A stretch of DNA of 64,000 bases from Patescibacteria group bacterium (GCA_004297205.1 SCUL01000001.1:29862-93861); one strand, 5' to 3'. Positions 22,206-31,800 are shown, numbered from the stretch's first letter. Program-made: numbers and translations. The notes: generated by a model from the sequence alone, not told the origin.

Positions 22206-23998
22206 GCGTTTCTGCGTAATACCGCGAGATAGGTCTCCGGCGGAATGTCAACGCTCCCCTGCCCGGCCATGCGCTTCTTGCCCTTCTTCTGCTTCTCCAG
22301 GAGCTTGCGTTTGCGCGTCACGTCGCCGCCGCTCATTTTGGCGAGCACGTCCTTGCGGAAGGCCGAGATGCGCTCCGAGGCCACGACTTTGCCGCCGATC
22401 GAGGCCTGCAGCTTCACTTCGAAGTTCTGGCGCGGCAGGGATTCCTTGAGCTTCTCGACAACGGCGCGACCGACGCGCAGCGTTTCCTCGCGCGGCAGCA
22501 GCGCGGCCAGCGCCTCGACCGGCTCTTCGGCCACCAGAATGTCCAGCTTCACGATGTCGGCTTCGCGTTCGCCGATCAGTTCGTAATTCATGGAAGCGTA
22601 GCCGGAAGACGCCGACTTCAGCCGGTCGTAAAAGTCGACGAGGATCGAGGAGAGCGGAATGTCGTAATGGAGCACGACGCGGCCTTTGCCCTGCTCGCCG
22701 CTCGTCAGATACTCCGTGTTCTTGTAGATGCCGCGCTTCTCGGCCACCAGCGCCATGATGCCGCCGATGGCCGCCTCCGGCGCCACGACATCGAGTTTGA
22801 CCCACGGCTCTTCCACTTTGGCGAGGCGGGACGGGTCCGGAAACGCCGCCGGGCTCTTGATGACGTTCACCTGCCCGTCGGTCGTGCTGACGCGGTAGGC
22901 CACGGACGGCGTGGTCACCACGATCTCCATGTTGTGCTCGCGCTTCAAACGCTCCTGGACGATTTCCAAGTGGAGCAGGCCGAGCATGCCGCAACGGAAC
23001 CCGAAGCCGAGCGCCGCCGAATGTTCCGGCTCGAAGGCCAACGAGGCGTCGGAGAGTTTGAGTTTCAAGATGGCGTCACGCAGCCGTTCGTATTCGTTCC
23101 CTTCTTTGGGGAAGATGCCGGCGTAGACCATCGGTTTGACCTCGCGGTAACCGGCCAGCGGTTCCGCGCCTGCGCCTTTCACGGTGACGGTGTCGCCGAC
23201 GCGAACGCCCTCGATATTTTTGAGCGCCGTGACGATGTAGCCGATCATGCCGGTTTCCAGATCCGGCTCCGCGATGGGCTGCGGCGTGAAGCGGCCGACC
23301 TCGAGCGCCTGGCCGTCCAGCGCCGTGCCGATCAGGTGGATCGGCGCGTTGGTGCGCACGCTTCCATCGACGATGCGACAGTAGGCCACCACGCCTTTGA
23401 ACTCGTCGTACTTGGAGTCGAAAATGAGCGCGCGCAGCGGCGCGGACGGATTCCCCTTCGGCGGCGGGATGCGCGCGAGAATCGCGTCGAGGATGGCGGG
23501 GACGCCCTCGCCGGTTTTACCGGAGGCGCGCAGCACGTCCTCGGGCGCGCAGCCGATCAGCCCGACGATTTCCCCGATCACCTTGTCCACCTGCGCGTTC
23601 GGGAGGTCGATCTTGTTGACGACCGGGATGATCGTCAGATTCTGCTCCATCGCGAGGTACAGGTTGCCGAGCGTCTGGGCCTGCACGCCCTGCGTGGCAT
23701 CGACGAGCAGCAGCGCGCCTTCGACGGCGGCCAGCGAGCGGGAGACTTCATAGGTGAAGTCGACGTGTCCCGGCGTGTCGATCAGGTTCAGCACGTGGTC
23801 CTTGTAGGTCATGCGCGCCGGCTGCAGCTTGATGGTGATGCCGCGCTCGCGTTCCAAATCCATCATGTCCAAGAGCTGCTCCTTCATCTTGCGCTTCTCG
23901 ACCGTGCCGGTGATCTCAAGCAAACGATCGGCAAGCGTGGACTTGCCGTGGTCGATATGGGCGATGATGCAGAAGTTACGGATCCGGTTCTGATCCAT
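22202..23998 (-). CDS. lepA: Elongation factor 4 (LepA)
   Basis: True start is MDQNRIRNFCIIAHIDHGKSTLADRLL. C-terminal LepA_C signature. The upstream 80 aa of the ORF are spurious. Confidence 0.92.
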   Translation of the reverse strand: MDQNRIRNFCIIAHIDHGKSTLADRLLEITGTVEKRKMKEQLLDMMDLERERGITIKLQPARMTYKDHVLNLIDTPGHVDFTYEVSRSLAAVEGALLLVDATQGVQAQTLGNLYLAMEQNLTIIPVVNKIDLPNAQVDKVIGEIVGLIGCAPEDVLRASGKTGEGVPAILDAILARIPPPKGNPSAPLRALIFDSKYDEFKGVVAYCRIVDGSVRTNAPIHLIGTALDGQALEVGRFTPQPIAEPDLETGMIGYIVTALKNIEGVRVGDTVTVKGAGAEPLAGYREVKPMVYAGIFPKEGNEYERLRDAILKLKLSDASLAFEPEHSAALGFGFRCGMLGLLHLEIVQERLKREHNMEIVVTTPSVAYRVSTTDGQVNVIKSPAAFPDPSRLAKVEEPWVKLDVVAPEAAIGGIMALVAEKRGIYKNTEYLTSGEQGKGRVVLHYDIPLSSILVDFYDRLKSASSGYASMNYELIGEREADIVKLDILVAEEPVEALAALLPREETLRVGRAVVEKLKESLPRQNFEVKLQASIGGKVVASERISAFRKDVLAKMSGGDVTRKRKLLEKQKKGKKRMAGQGSVDIPPETYLAVLRRNA

Positions 23999-24128
23999 AG
24001 AACGCAGCCGATCATACGGGGAAAAGCCCGCCTTGGCTAACCCTCGTCGTTCTTTCTTCAGGCTTGACCGGAAGCCGTTTTTGTTGCATGATCTTGGCCG
24101 TCTTGGGAGCTCCCTTTCCCGGACCCAC

Positions 24129-24317
24129 GGAGGACGCGTGATCGACACCACCGGATACGGCCGCCTGCGCGCGCAGCAAGAGAACCGTCGCAAGCTCCGG
24201 GGCATGATCGCCGTCGCGATCATCCTCGGCCTCGTCAATTACCTGAAGTGGCAGGCCGAGCGCGACGCGCCGCCCCCGCCGCGCGACCTGCCGATCGCCA
24301 TCGGCCCCGGCATGTAG
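24129..24317 (+). CDS. Small protein with C-terminal TM helix (hypothetical)
   Basis: GTG preceded by ACGGAGGAC. Contains ...KLRGMIAVAIILGLVNYLKWQ. Plus-strand, inside an otherwise minus-strand region. Confidence 0.3.
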   Translation, partial: GGRVIDTTGYGRLRAQQENRRKLRGMIAVAIILGLVNYLKWQAERDAPPPPRDLPIAIGPGM

Positions 24318-24349
24318 GATTCGACACGTCTGCCGCCCTCTGAGCGGCC

Positions 24350-24377
24350 GCAGCGCACCCGCGCTGCTTCTTTTTTT
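24350..24377 (+). terminator. Rho-independent terminator, copy 1 (GCAGCGC-ACCC-GCGCTGC followed by a T-run)
   Basis: Perfect 7-bp GC stem, 4-nt loop and TTCTTTTTTT. The 33-nt string cgcagcgcacccgcgctgcttctttttttaca is repeated exactly at 25968..26000. Confidence 0.7.
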
Positions 24378-24408
24378 ACAGCCGTTCCCCTTCCCCATTG
24401 CTGGCGGA

Positions 24409-25944
24409 TTGACTCACCGCCTTTTTCATGATAGGAAAGTGACGCCTGGAGAACAACGAAAACAGTCGAGGTTCTTCGAGGTCGGTCCTGAACAAACGGA
24501 GCGAACATTGGAAATCCTGTTGATGCGGACGACGTTCCCCGAACCGACGTCATACCACGAAGCTACGGTTCGTCTGGCAGCCCTGAAGCAGGGCGTGAAG
24601 GAAGTCACGGCAGCCCTGAAGGACAAGCACCTGCGGTTTCCCGAAACCGGCCGTCGCATGACGACGGCGGAGTACTTCGAGTGGAAACTGACGGCGCGCA
24701 GGTCGCTGATGGAGAAGGAGCGCGAGATCGCCTTCCTTCGGGCATGGGTGAACGAGAACAAGTCGGTCGGCGTCCAGCACCACCAGGCCCAGTCGTCGCT
24801 GGACCAATCGATGCTGTCTGAATGCCGTACGGCCTTGCTGCGCCTCGATATGAAGGGACTGCTGCAGGAGCAGGAGCGCGTGTTGCTGCGACAGCTGGAA
24901 CATCGGCTCGGCGTCGGTCTGGATCCGCTGATCCAGAAGGCGCGGTCCTGCATGACGGGCAACCCGCACAATATCTTCTCGTACGGTTCCATGATCGTCC
25001 GGGCGACCCGCGACCAGGAGGACCTGGACGCCCTTCGCCGTCAATGGGAGTCCGTCAGCGGCGGCGCGTACGATCCCGTCGTCAAGGCACGGTGCGCGCG
25101 GGAGCATGTCCGGGCGCTGCTCGCGATGGGCGCCACCGACGAAGCGCGCGGAATCCTCGAATCCTGCGACGAATCGGTGATCGATACGGCCTACGCCTGG
25201 TTGTGGTTCGCGGAGGAGACGGAGGATGCCGACGCCCTGGAACGAGTGCGCGTCCTGGCAGCTTCACGCGCGGACTCGCGGGATGCGATGCTGTGGATCC
25301 TGACCTACCGAGTCTCGGGCGAGGCGGCCGACGCGCTGCAGGCGAATCGGATGGTCAGAGACCACAAGAATCCACCCCTCTTCCTGATGGTCCTCGGTCA
25401 GGCGTACGCGTGGCACGGGCGCGTCGAGGAAGCTCAGGCGATCCTGCGCGGACTTGACGACGAACGGGCGCTCGAGCTTTCCTGCACCATCGCCCTCGAG
25501 ACGCGCGATGAGGCGGATCGTACGCGCGCGATCAGCGTGCTGGAGCGGCATGTTCCCGAGAAACAGCGCACGATCCGCGAGGTCCTGCGCGTGCTCGCCT
25601 CGCACGGGGAGACGGATCTGGCTCTGCGGACCGTCAAGGATCTGAAGAGCCAGACGGACCGCTGTTTCGCCTTCGGACGCCTGTCGTGGGAGATCGACGA
25701 CCTCGACCTGCGCAAGAAGTTTCTGGTCAAAGCGGATGAACTGACGGTCAACTTGGTCGATAAGAGCAGTGCCGGTGCCATGGCCCTTCTGAACGTCAGC
25801 GTCGGCCACGCGATGCTGGACAACATCGCCCGCGCCGCGCAGATCGCGGAAACCATCAGGGACCGGGAATGCCGGTGCCGCGCCTTCTTGATCAGTTACG
25901 AAATCACGCGGGACGGCATGTCGCGCATCGTCGAAGACATCTAG
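24409..25944 (+). CDS. Hypothetical all-alpha protein (about 470-511 aa), start uncertain
   Basis: Long ORF opening at a TTG (24409). Internal ATG candidates exist, e.g. MRTTFPEP. No signal peptide or TM. Leu/Ala/Arg/Glu-rich helical repeats in the C-terminal two thirds. A TTGACT -35-like hexamer lies at 24409. Confidence 0.55.
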   Translation: MTHRLFHDRKVTPGEQRKQSRFFEVGPEQTERTLEILLMRTTFPEPTSYHEATVRLAALKQGVKEVTAALKDKHLRFPETGRRMTTAEYFEWKLTARRSLMEKEREIAFLRAWVNENKSVGVQHHQAQSSLDQSMLSECRTALLRLDMKGLLQEQERVLLRQLEHRLGVGLDPLIQKARSCMTGNPHNIFSYGSMIVRATRDQEDLDALRRQWESVSGGAYDPVVKARCAREHVRALLAMGATDEARGILESCDESVIDTAYAWLWFAEETEDADALERVRVLAASRADSRDAMLWILTYRVSGEAADALQANRMVRDHKNPPLFLMVLGQAYAWHGRVEEAQAILRGLDDERALELSCTIALETRDEADRTRAISVLERHVPEKQRTIREVLRVLASHGETDLALRTVKDLKSQTDRCFAFGRLSWEIDDLDLRKKFLVKADELTVNLVDKSSAGAMALLNVSVGHAMLDNIARAAQIAETIRDRECRCRAFLISYEITRDGMSRIVEDI

Positions 25945-25969
25945 ACGAACACGGCGGCACGAACCGCAC

Positions 25970-25997
25970 GCAGCGCACCCGCGCTGCTTCTTTTTTT
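25970..25997 (+). terminator. Rho-independent terminator, copy 2 (identical to 24350..24377)
   Basis: Identical hairpin and T-run immediately after the 24409..25944 stop. Confidence 0.7.
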
Positions 25998-26011
25998 ACA
26001 CGGAAATAAAA

Positions 26012-26045
26012 AAGGCGGGCTCCCGAGGGGGAACCCGTCGTCCGA
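26012..26045 (-). terminator. Terminator for the minus-strand 26057..27142 gene
   Basis: Minus transcript reads GGGUUCCC-CCUC-GGGAGCCC (8 bp with one G.U) followed by GCCUUUUUUAUUU. Confidence 0.5.
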
Positions 26046-26056
26046 CGGCCGCGCGC

Positions 26057-27142
26057 TCAGCCGAGCGCGGCGACGACGGCGTCCGCGATGCGCTCCGGCG
26101 CGTCCGGCGCGATCAGCGCCCGGAACGGGTCGGCGAGCGATCGCATGGCGTGCGCGCCGTGCGCCGTACCCGCGAGCACGTCGATGACGCGGTCGCGCAC
26201 CCCGGCCGGGGTCGTCGCCTTGATCGCGGCGCCGGCGGCCACGGCCGGCGAGTCGCCGCGCGGGTAGCCGACCGCGAGGCGCGGCTCCGGCGGCCCGTAG
26301 TGCGTGCTGATGCACGCCACGTGCGCCAGCACGGCCACGTAGCACTGCGTGCTGCCCCACGTCCCGACGACGACGTCGGAGCCGATCGTGAGCTCGTCCG
26401 CCCCGAGCGCCGTGGCCGCAGCCGGATCGATCCGGAACGACGCCGGCCAGGACGCGATGCGCTCCCGGATCTGGCCGAGCACTGGTTCGGCCATCTTGGG
26501 GTGCACGCGCGCGGCCACGCGCAGCTCCGGATGCTTCTGGAGCGGCTCGATGCCCTCGATGACGGTCGCGAGCTCCTCCGCGGGACGGTCGCCCCCCGAG
26601 TACCAGGTGAGCAGCTTCTCGGCGGTCCGTAGGCCGAGCGCCGTACGGACGCGTTCGCGCACGTCCACCTGCCGGGCGATCAGCTGACCGACGTGGGCGA
26701 ACGTCGGCTTGCCGCAGACGACGATCTGCGCGTCCGGCCACGCCTGGTGCGCGATACCCCCCGCCACCTCGTCGATGGCGCAGAGCACGCTCGGCCCGGC
26801 GCAGCCGCGCACCGAAGCGCGCTCGCCGGTGCCGTACAGATCCTCGATCCAAATCACCGGAATTCCGCGCGAGCGGCCCCAGTCCGTCCAGGCGATCTGC
26901 GCGCCCACCGCCGTGGCGCTCACCCCGACGACGATCGCGTCGGGCGCGTCGCCGTCGACCGGCATGCGGCCCTGCGACGTCGGACCGAGGTCCGGCGGCA
27001 GCACCGTCGCCGCCTTGGACTGCGGCGAGGCGTCGAGCACGATCTCGATCCCGACCCTGCGCTTCTTGAGGAGCGCGAGCGCCGGGACCGTCTCCTTGCA
27101 TCCTCCGATGTCGCCGAACACGGCGATGATGTGCTTCTGCAT
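26057..27142 (-). CDS. Hypothetical 361-aa protein, possibly GT-B-like/envelope-related (co-transcribed with murJ)
   Basis: Start MQKHIIAVFGDIGG preceded by GAAGGAGAG. The overlapping 422-aa ORF in another frame is Arg/Gly-rich junk. No confident family. Confidence 0.55.
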   Translation of the reverse strand: MQKHIIAVFGDIGGCKETVPALALLKKRRVGIEIVLDASPQSKAATVLPPDLGPTSQGRMPVDGDAPDAIVVGVSATAVGAQIAWTDWGRSRGIPVIWIEDLYGTGERASVRGCAGPSVLCAIDEVAGGIAHQAWPDAQIVVCGKPTFAHVGQLIARQVDVRERVRTALGLRTAEKLLTWYSGGDRPAEELATVIEGIEPLQKHPELRVAARVHPKMAEPVLGQIRERIASWPASFRIDPAAATALGADELTIGSDVVVGTWGSTQCYVAVLAHVACISTHYGPPEPRLAVGYPRGDSPAVAAGAAIKATTPAGVRDRVIDVLAGTAHGAHAMRSLADPFRALIAPDAPERIADAVVAALG

Positions 27143-27212
27143 GGAACCGTCTCTCCTTCTTCCCCGCTGGGGGTGCCGCGAACGTACGCGAGGAAATACC
27201 ATACGTCAAGGG

Positions 27213-28880
27213 CTACAGCCGCTCCCCTTCTCCCACGCCGAGCGGACGCGTAATGCGCATGACGCGCTTGTGCGCCGCGGACAGGAACAGTTCGGCTTCT
27301 TCCGTTTTAAAGGCCAACGCGGCAAGCATGTACACGGCGCCGCCCAGCCCGGCCGCGACCAGGAACTGCGCCAACAAACCGAGATAGGTACGGGTCTGCG
27401 CGAAAATTTCCGCCGCCTGCAGCCCGCCGTACGCGGCGACCGCCGCGAGCAGCGACGCGGCCAGCACCTTGACCGCGGACAATGCCAGCCGCCGGCCGCC
27501 GAACGAACCAAAACGCAGGCGCAGCACCACGGCCAGCGCCGTGACGTGCACGGCCGCCGCGGCCGAGAACGCCAGCGGCAAGGCCAGCATGCGCAGGTCA
27601 GCAATGTCCTCGAGGCGCAGCAGGCGCACCAGCGCGTCCACGACCGGACCGTCCGCCGCCAGGAATCCGGGGAAACCCCAGGCCAACGTCAGGTTGACGG
27701 CCACGGCCGCGCCGGAGACGAGCACCGGAATCCAGGTGTTCTTCATGGCGTAGAAGGCGCGGGAAAACAGCGGCGCCAGCCCCTGCAGGAACAGCGTGAG
27801 CGCGAACAGCGCCAACGCCGCGGCGGCCAGCCGCGTGTCGCTCCAGGAAAGTTCGCGCGTGCCGATGATGAGGCGGATGATGTGGGCGCGCAACACGATC
27901 GTCAAAAATCCGATGGGCAACAGAAAGAACACGATTTGCCGGCCGGCGGCACCGAAGGCGCGGACAAAAGCCTCGCGGTTTTTGCTTGCCAACGATTCGG
28001 TCAGCGTCGGGAAGGCGGCGATGGCGAACGGATAGCCGAAGACCGCCACCGGCACCACGGCGATGTTCGTGGCCAGGTTGAACAACGCGACCGAACCGGA
28101 CGCGAGCATCGAGCCGATGGCCGTGCCGACGAAAACGCTGACCTGGGAAATGTCGACGCCCCAGATACGCGGCACGAACAGTTTCAGGAAATCCCGGAAG
28201 GCCGCGCCGGAAAAGGTGAACGACGGCCGGACGCGCCAGCCGGTCATGACGGCCGCCGCGGCCTGCACGCACAGGTGCAGCGCCGCACCCGCCACCACGA
28301 ACCAGGCCACGCCGCGCACGTCCTTGCCGGCCAGGAGCCCGGCGATGATGGCCGCGTTATAGACGACCGGGGCCGCGGCCACGGCCAGGAACCGTTTCCG
28401 CGCGTTCAGCACCGATCCGAAAACGTTGGAGAGGGAAAACAGGAACACCGACAACGCCAGGATGCGCGTCAGCTCGGCGGTCATCACACGCGTCGCCGGT
28501 GCGAAGCCCGGCAGGAAGGCGTCGGTCAACGGCGGCGCGAAGCAGGCCACGCCGAGCGCGAGCACGCCCATGACGAGCGCGGTCGCCGTCAGCACGCCGT
28601 CGGCAAAGCGCCAGGCGTCCTGTTCGCGTTTCTGCCAGAGCGCCGTGAAGACCGGAATGAAGGCCACGGACAGCGTGCCGAGCACGAGCAGGTTGTAGAC
28701 CATGTTCGGCACCTGGAAGGCCGCGTAATAGGCATCGAGCTCCGGTCCGACGCCGAACCGGCCTACCAGGAGCCGCTCGCGCAACACCCCGAGGATGCGC
28801 GATGCCAAAGACGCGGCGCCCAGCAGGAGCGCCGCGCCGGTGATGCTCGTGGTTTCGCGGGAGAGCAACTTGCCGATCAT
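27213..28880 (-). CDS. murJ: Lipid II flippase MurJ (MviN)
   Basis: True start MIGKLLSRETTSITGAALLLGAASLASRILGVLRERLLVGRFG matches the MurJ N-terminal consensus. About 14 TM helices. The upstream 104 aa of the ORF are spurious. Confidence 0.88.
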   Translation of the reverse strand: MIGKLLSRETTSITGAALLLGAASLASRILGVLRERLLVGRFGVGPELDAYYAAFQVPNMVYNLLVLGTLSVAFIPVFTALWQKREQDAWRFADGVLTATALVMGVLALGVACFAPPLTDAFLPGFAPATRVMTAELTRILALSVFLFSLSNVFGSVLNARKRFLAVAAAPVVYNAAIIAGLLAGKDVRGVAWFVVAGAALHLCVQAAAAVMTGWRVRPSFTFSGAAFRDFLKLFVPRIWGVDISQVSVFVGTAIGSMLASGSVALFNLATNIAVVPVAVFGYPFAIAAFPTLTESLASKNREAFVRAFGAAGRQIVFFLLPIGFLTIVLRAHIIRLIIGTRELSWSDTRLAAAALALFALTLFLQGLAPLFSRAFYAMKNTWIPVLVSGAAVAVNLTLAWGFPGFLAADGPVVDALVRLLRLEDIADLRMLALPLAFSAAAAVHVTALAVVLRLRFGSFGGRRLALSAVKVLAASLLAAVAAYGGLQAAEIFAQTRTYLGLLAQFLVAAGLGGAVYMLAALAFKTEEAELFLSAAHKRVMRITRPLGVGEGERL

Positions 28881-30058
28881 GCGTTCTTCGACCGTCGCCG
28901 CGCGCCTTCCGCGAGCGCCACCATGCCCGCGGCCACGGCACCGATCAGGCCCATGAGTGCCAGGAGCCGCCAGTTGCGCAGGTCGAAGAAAGCGATGTGT
29001 ACGCGCATGACATCCTTGGCTTGCACGCCGTCCGCGCCCGTCACGGTCAGCGTCACGTTGTAGGATCCGGGCGTGCCGAAGCGATGTTCCACTTCCGTAC
29101 CATCCGCGGACGAACCGTCGCCGAAGTCCCAATGCACGGAGGAGCCGCGTCCGCCGTCGGCGTCCTTGGCGATGAAGCGGAAGGTGTCCCAACCGACGCG
29201 TTTGCTGGAAATCGCAGCCACCGGCGGGAGCGCCGGCGTGCCGGTGGCGCTGCCGACGTTGACGATCTCCGGCGTGGTCGTGGCCGTGAGTGCAACGTCG
29301 GATGCAGCGGACGCGCGCGTGCCCTCCTCTTCTTCCGCGGCAGCGGGTTGCGGCGCAGGCGTCGGTGCGGGGGCTGGTGCGGGTGCAAGAGCTGGCGCGG
29401 GCGGCGGCGTCTGCGTGCGGTTCGGATCGGCCGGGAAAGCGTCTTGGCCGTCGTTCACGCCGTCGCCGTCGGAATCCGGATTGGTCGGCGACGTGCCGAG
29501 GCCGCCTTCATTGGCGTCCGGGATGCCGTCGTTGTCGTCGTCGGTGTCGCAGGCGTTGCCCTGGCCGTCGCCGTCGGTGTCGAGCTGGTCGGCATTGGCC
29601 ACGGTCGGACAGTTGTCGGCGTTGTCCGGTCTGCCGTCGCCGTCGCCGTCTTTGACGACGGTGAACAGCGCGGACACGGCGGTGTCGTTGGCCGGGTTCT
29701 GGTCGGCCGGATTCGTGCCCTGGACCTGGACGCGGATGTTGAAATCGTTGTCGGGCACGGTGAAGTCGACCCAGACTTCCTCGTCCTGGCTGCCGGCGCG
29801 CACGGAAATGACCTGCGACTGCCCGAGCAGCTGGTTGCTCTGGAAAAAACTGGCGTAGCCGCTGACGTCGAGATTGCCTTCGTTCTTGATGCGGGCGTAG
29901 ACGCGGATGTTGTCGCCCGCCAGAAGCGTCGGTTTGGAAAAACTGATGGTGTTGTTGTAGACCCCCAGGTCGTAGTCGAATTGCGCTGCGACGGCGGGCC
30001 AGGCCAGGCTGAGCATGGCGGCGGCTCCGACGGCGATCCTCCCGACGCGCTGGAACAT
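28877..30058 (-). CDS. Secreted/anchored surface protein: CARDB-like N-domain, TSP type-3 Ca-binding repeats, Pro/Ala linker, PKD domain, C-terminal TM
   Basis: Signal peptide MFQRVGRIAVGAAAMLSLAWPAVAA. TSP3-like DTDGDGQGNACDTDDDNDGIPD. PKD-like VHWDFGDGSSADGTEVEHRFGTPGSYNVTLTVTGADG. C-terminal hydrophobic anchor followed by RRRSKNA. Confidence 0.7.
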   Translation of the reverse strand: MFQRVGRIAVGAAAMLSLAWPAVAAQFDYDLGVYNNTISFSKPTLLAGDNIRVYARIKNEGNLDVSGYASFFQSNQLLGQSQVISVRAGSQDEEVWVDFTVPDNDFNIRVQVQGTNPADQNPANDTAVSALFTVVKDGDGDGRPDNADNCPTVANADQLDTDGDGQGNACDTDDDNDGIPDANEGGLGTSPTNPDSDGDGVNDGQDAFPADPNRTQTPPPAPALAPAPAPAPTPAPQPAAAEEEEGTRASAASDVALTATTTPEIVNVGSATGTPALPPVAAISSKRVGWDTFRFIAKDADGGRGSSVHWDFGDGSSADGTEVEHRFGTPGSYNVTLTVTGADGVQAKDVMRVHIAFFDLRNWRLLALMGLIGAVAAGMVALAEGARRRSKNA

Positions 30059-30068
30059 AGATGACCTG

Positions 30069-30392
30069 TTAGACGTCATTATCCGGTAGAAAAAGCACGA
30101 TCTTCCCGTCTTCAACCGCCAGCTCGGCGGGTGGTAATATGCTGCCTTCCGGCGCTTCGCCGGCGATACGCTGCCCGCTCACCGCGTCGAAGGTGGCATG
30201 GTGCCGCGCGCAGACCATGGCCTCGCCCCGCTGTTGCAAGGCGCCGCCCTGGTGCGTGCAAGAGTCATAGTAACCGCGCACCCGCTCCCCGCTGCGCCAC
30301 ACCCAGACGCTCCGAAACCCCGCCCGATACCGCCGCAGCGCGCCGTCCGCGTGCGCGGAGAGTGCACCGAGCGGCAAACGGATCGAACTCAT
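30069..30392 (-). CDS. Rieske [2Fe-2S] domain small protein (about 107 aa)
   Basis: CTHQGGAL...(17 aa)...CARHHATFD forms a CxH...CxxH Rieske box. ATGA overlap with the GT2 stop. The rest of the 298-aa ORF is an out-of-frame artefact. Confidence 0.6.
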   Translation of the reverse strand: MSSIRLPLGALSAHADGALRRYRAGFRSVWVWRSGERVRGYYDSCTHQGGALQQRGEAMVCARHHATFDAVSGQRIAGEAPEGSILPPAELAVEDGKIVLFLPDNDV

Positions 30393-31118
30393 GGGCGGTC
30401 GGAACCGACCGCTTCCCTGGTGTATCCGAAGCGGTAGCGGAAGATGTCCGTCTTCACCGGACCGAGCGTCATCATGTGCATCTCGCACAGCGCGTAGCGC
30501 GCGGCGATGGACAGGTAGCCGTCGCGCCGGAAACGGCGCATGGACACCCTGATGCGGGGCTCCTTGATGATGCCGGCGCGGAAACCGAGGCGGGCGGCGC
30601 GCTGGGCGTAGTCGTGGTCCTCCGCGAGCCGGACCTGCTCGTCGAAGCCGTTGATGGCGTCGTGCGCCGGGCGGCGCGCCATCATGCACGGCCCGTGGGC
30701 GTGCGGCAGGATGCGCTCCATGGCGGTGATGTACCCGTTGTAGAAATCGTGGGAGACGCGGTCGATGAGCTTGTCGGACATCGGTTCCACAAGACAGGTG
30801 GCGACGTCGAGGCCGCGGACGGTGAACTGCGTCTGCACCTCGGCCAGGAAGTGCTCGTTCGGCACGATGACGTCGGCATCCAGAAACAGGAGCATGTCGC
30901 CTTTGGCGGCGGCAGCTCCCCGGTTGCGTCCGGGCGCCGGCATCCCGCCGTCCACGACGCGGCAACCCGCCGCCGTGGCGATCTCGCGGGTGCGGTCGGT
31001 GGAGTGCGCGTCGGCGACGATCACCTCGAAATCCCGGAACGTCTGGCGTTCCAGGGAGCGCAAAAGAAGAGGAAGAAACCCTTCCTCGTTGTACGTCGGA
31101 ATCACGATCGAAAGCATA
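30389..31118 (-). CDS. Glycosyltransferase family 2
   Basis: MLSIVIPTYNEE...VIVADAHSTDRT...LFLDADV (DxD) is the classic GT-A/GT2 N-terminus. Confidence 0.85.
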
Positions 31119-31180
31119 GGTTGATCGTTCCCAGCATAGCAGAAACCCGGGGCGGTGTCGAGCATAAAAAAGGAACCCGT

Positions 31181-31800
31181 TCAGGGTTCTTCAGCGCATC
31201 CGTCGTCGATCCGCCCCGAGACGCTTCGGAAGTCCCCCGGGAAACCCTCGGGCATCCGGCCCTCGAAGAGGACGATGCAGGGAGTCCTCGGAAACCGGCT
31301 GGCGAACAGCAGGGCAACGTCGCGACGAACGAACTCGACGATGTCATCCCCCGTCAGGTTCCAGCGGCGTCCGTCATATCGCTGCAGCGAGAACGCCTGG
31401 AACTGCAACGGCAGCCATCTCGTATGGAAGCCGTCACCGGAACGCGCGTCGATGCGGATGTCCGCTTCCGTCATCGGCACCCGATCCGCGGCCAGGAACG
31501 ACAGCCGCGCGTCGATGCGATGTCCGCCTCCGCACATGCGGACGGACAGCATTTCCTTGCCGGTCAGCGGCTCCCGGCGAGGGGCCGCGCAGGCCATGAC
31601 GGCCGCGAGCTGCGCTTCCTCCTCCGCGGTCAGCGGAGCGGCCTCGTCCGCCGGCGCTTCCGACGACGTGGCATACGCGTGACGGGCGCGGGCGACTTCC
31701 TCGCGCCGCAGGTCGATCATCTCGTCCATCAGGAACGCGGCGACCGTGACGGACACGATCACGAAGACCAGTCCCCAGAACGGAGCATCTTTTTTGCTCA
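31181..31800 (-). CDS. Hypothetical membrane-anchored protein
   Basis: MSKKDAPFWGLVFVIVSVTVAAFL (single TM) preceded by GGAGGAGGA. Confidence 0.5.

Noticed and set aside
25941-27209. 422-aa minus-strand ORF overlapping the 381-aa ORF
   Set aside because: Out-of-frame Arg/Gly-rich translation of the same DNA. The other frame gives a compositionally normal protein with a good SD.
29290-29420. GCN-GGN imperfect tandem repeats (gcaggcgtcggtgcgggggctggtgcgggtgcaagagctggcgcg...)
   Set aside because: They encode the Pro/Ala-rich linker (PAPAPAPTPAPQP) of the CARDB-PKD protein. They are coding low complexity rather than an independent repeat element, though they could vary in length.
30069-30965. 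298-aa minus-strand ORF
   Set aside because: Its N-terminal 190 aa are an Arg/Pro-rich out-of-frame read through the GT2 gene. Only the last 107 codons (the Rieske-like protein, starting at the ATG that overlaps the GT2 stop) are considered real.
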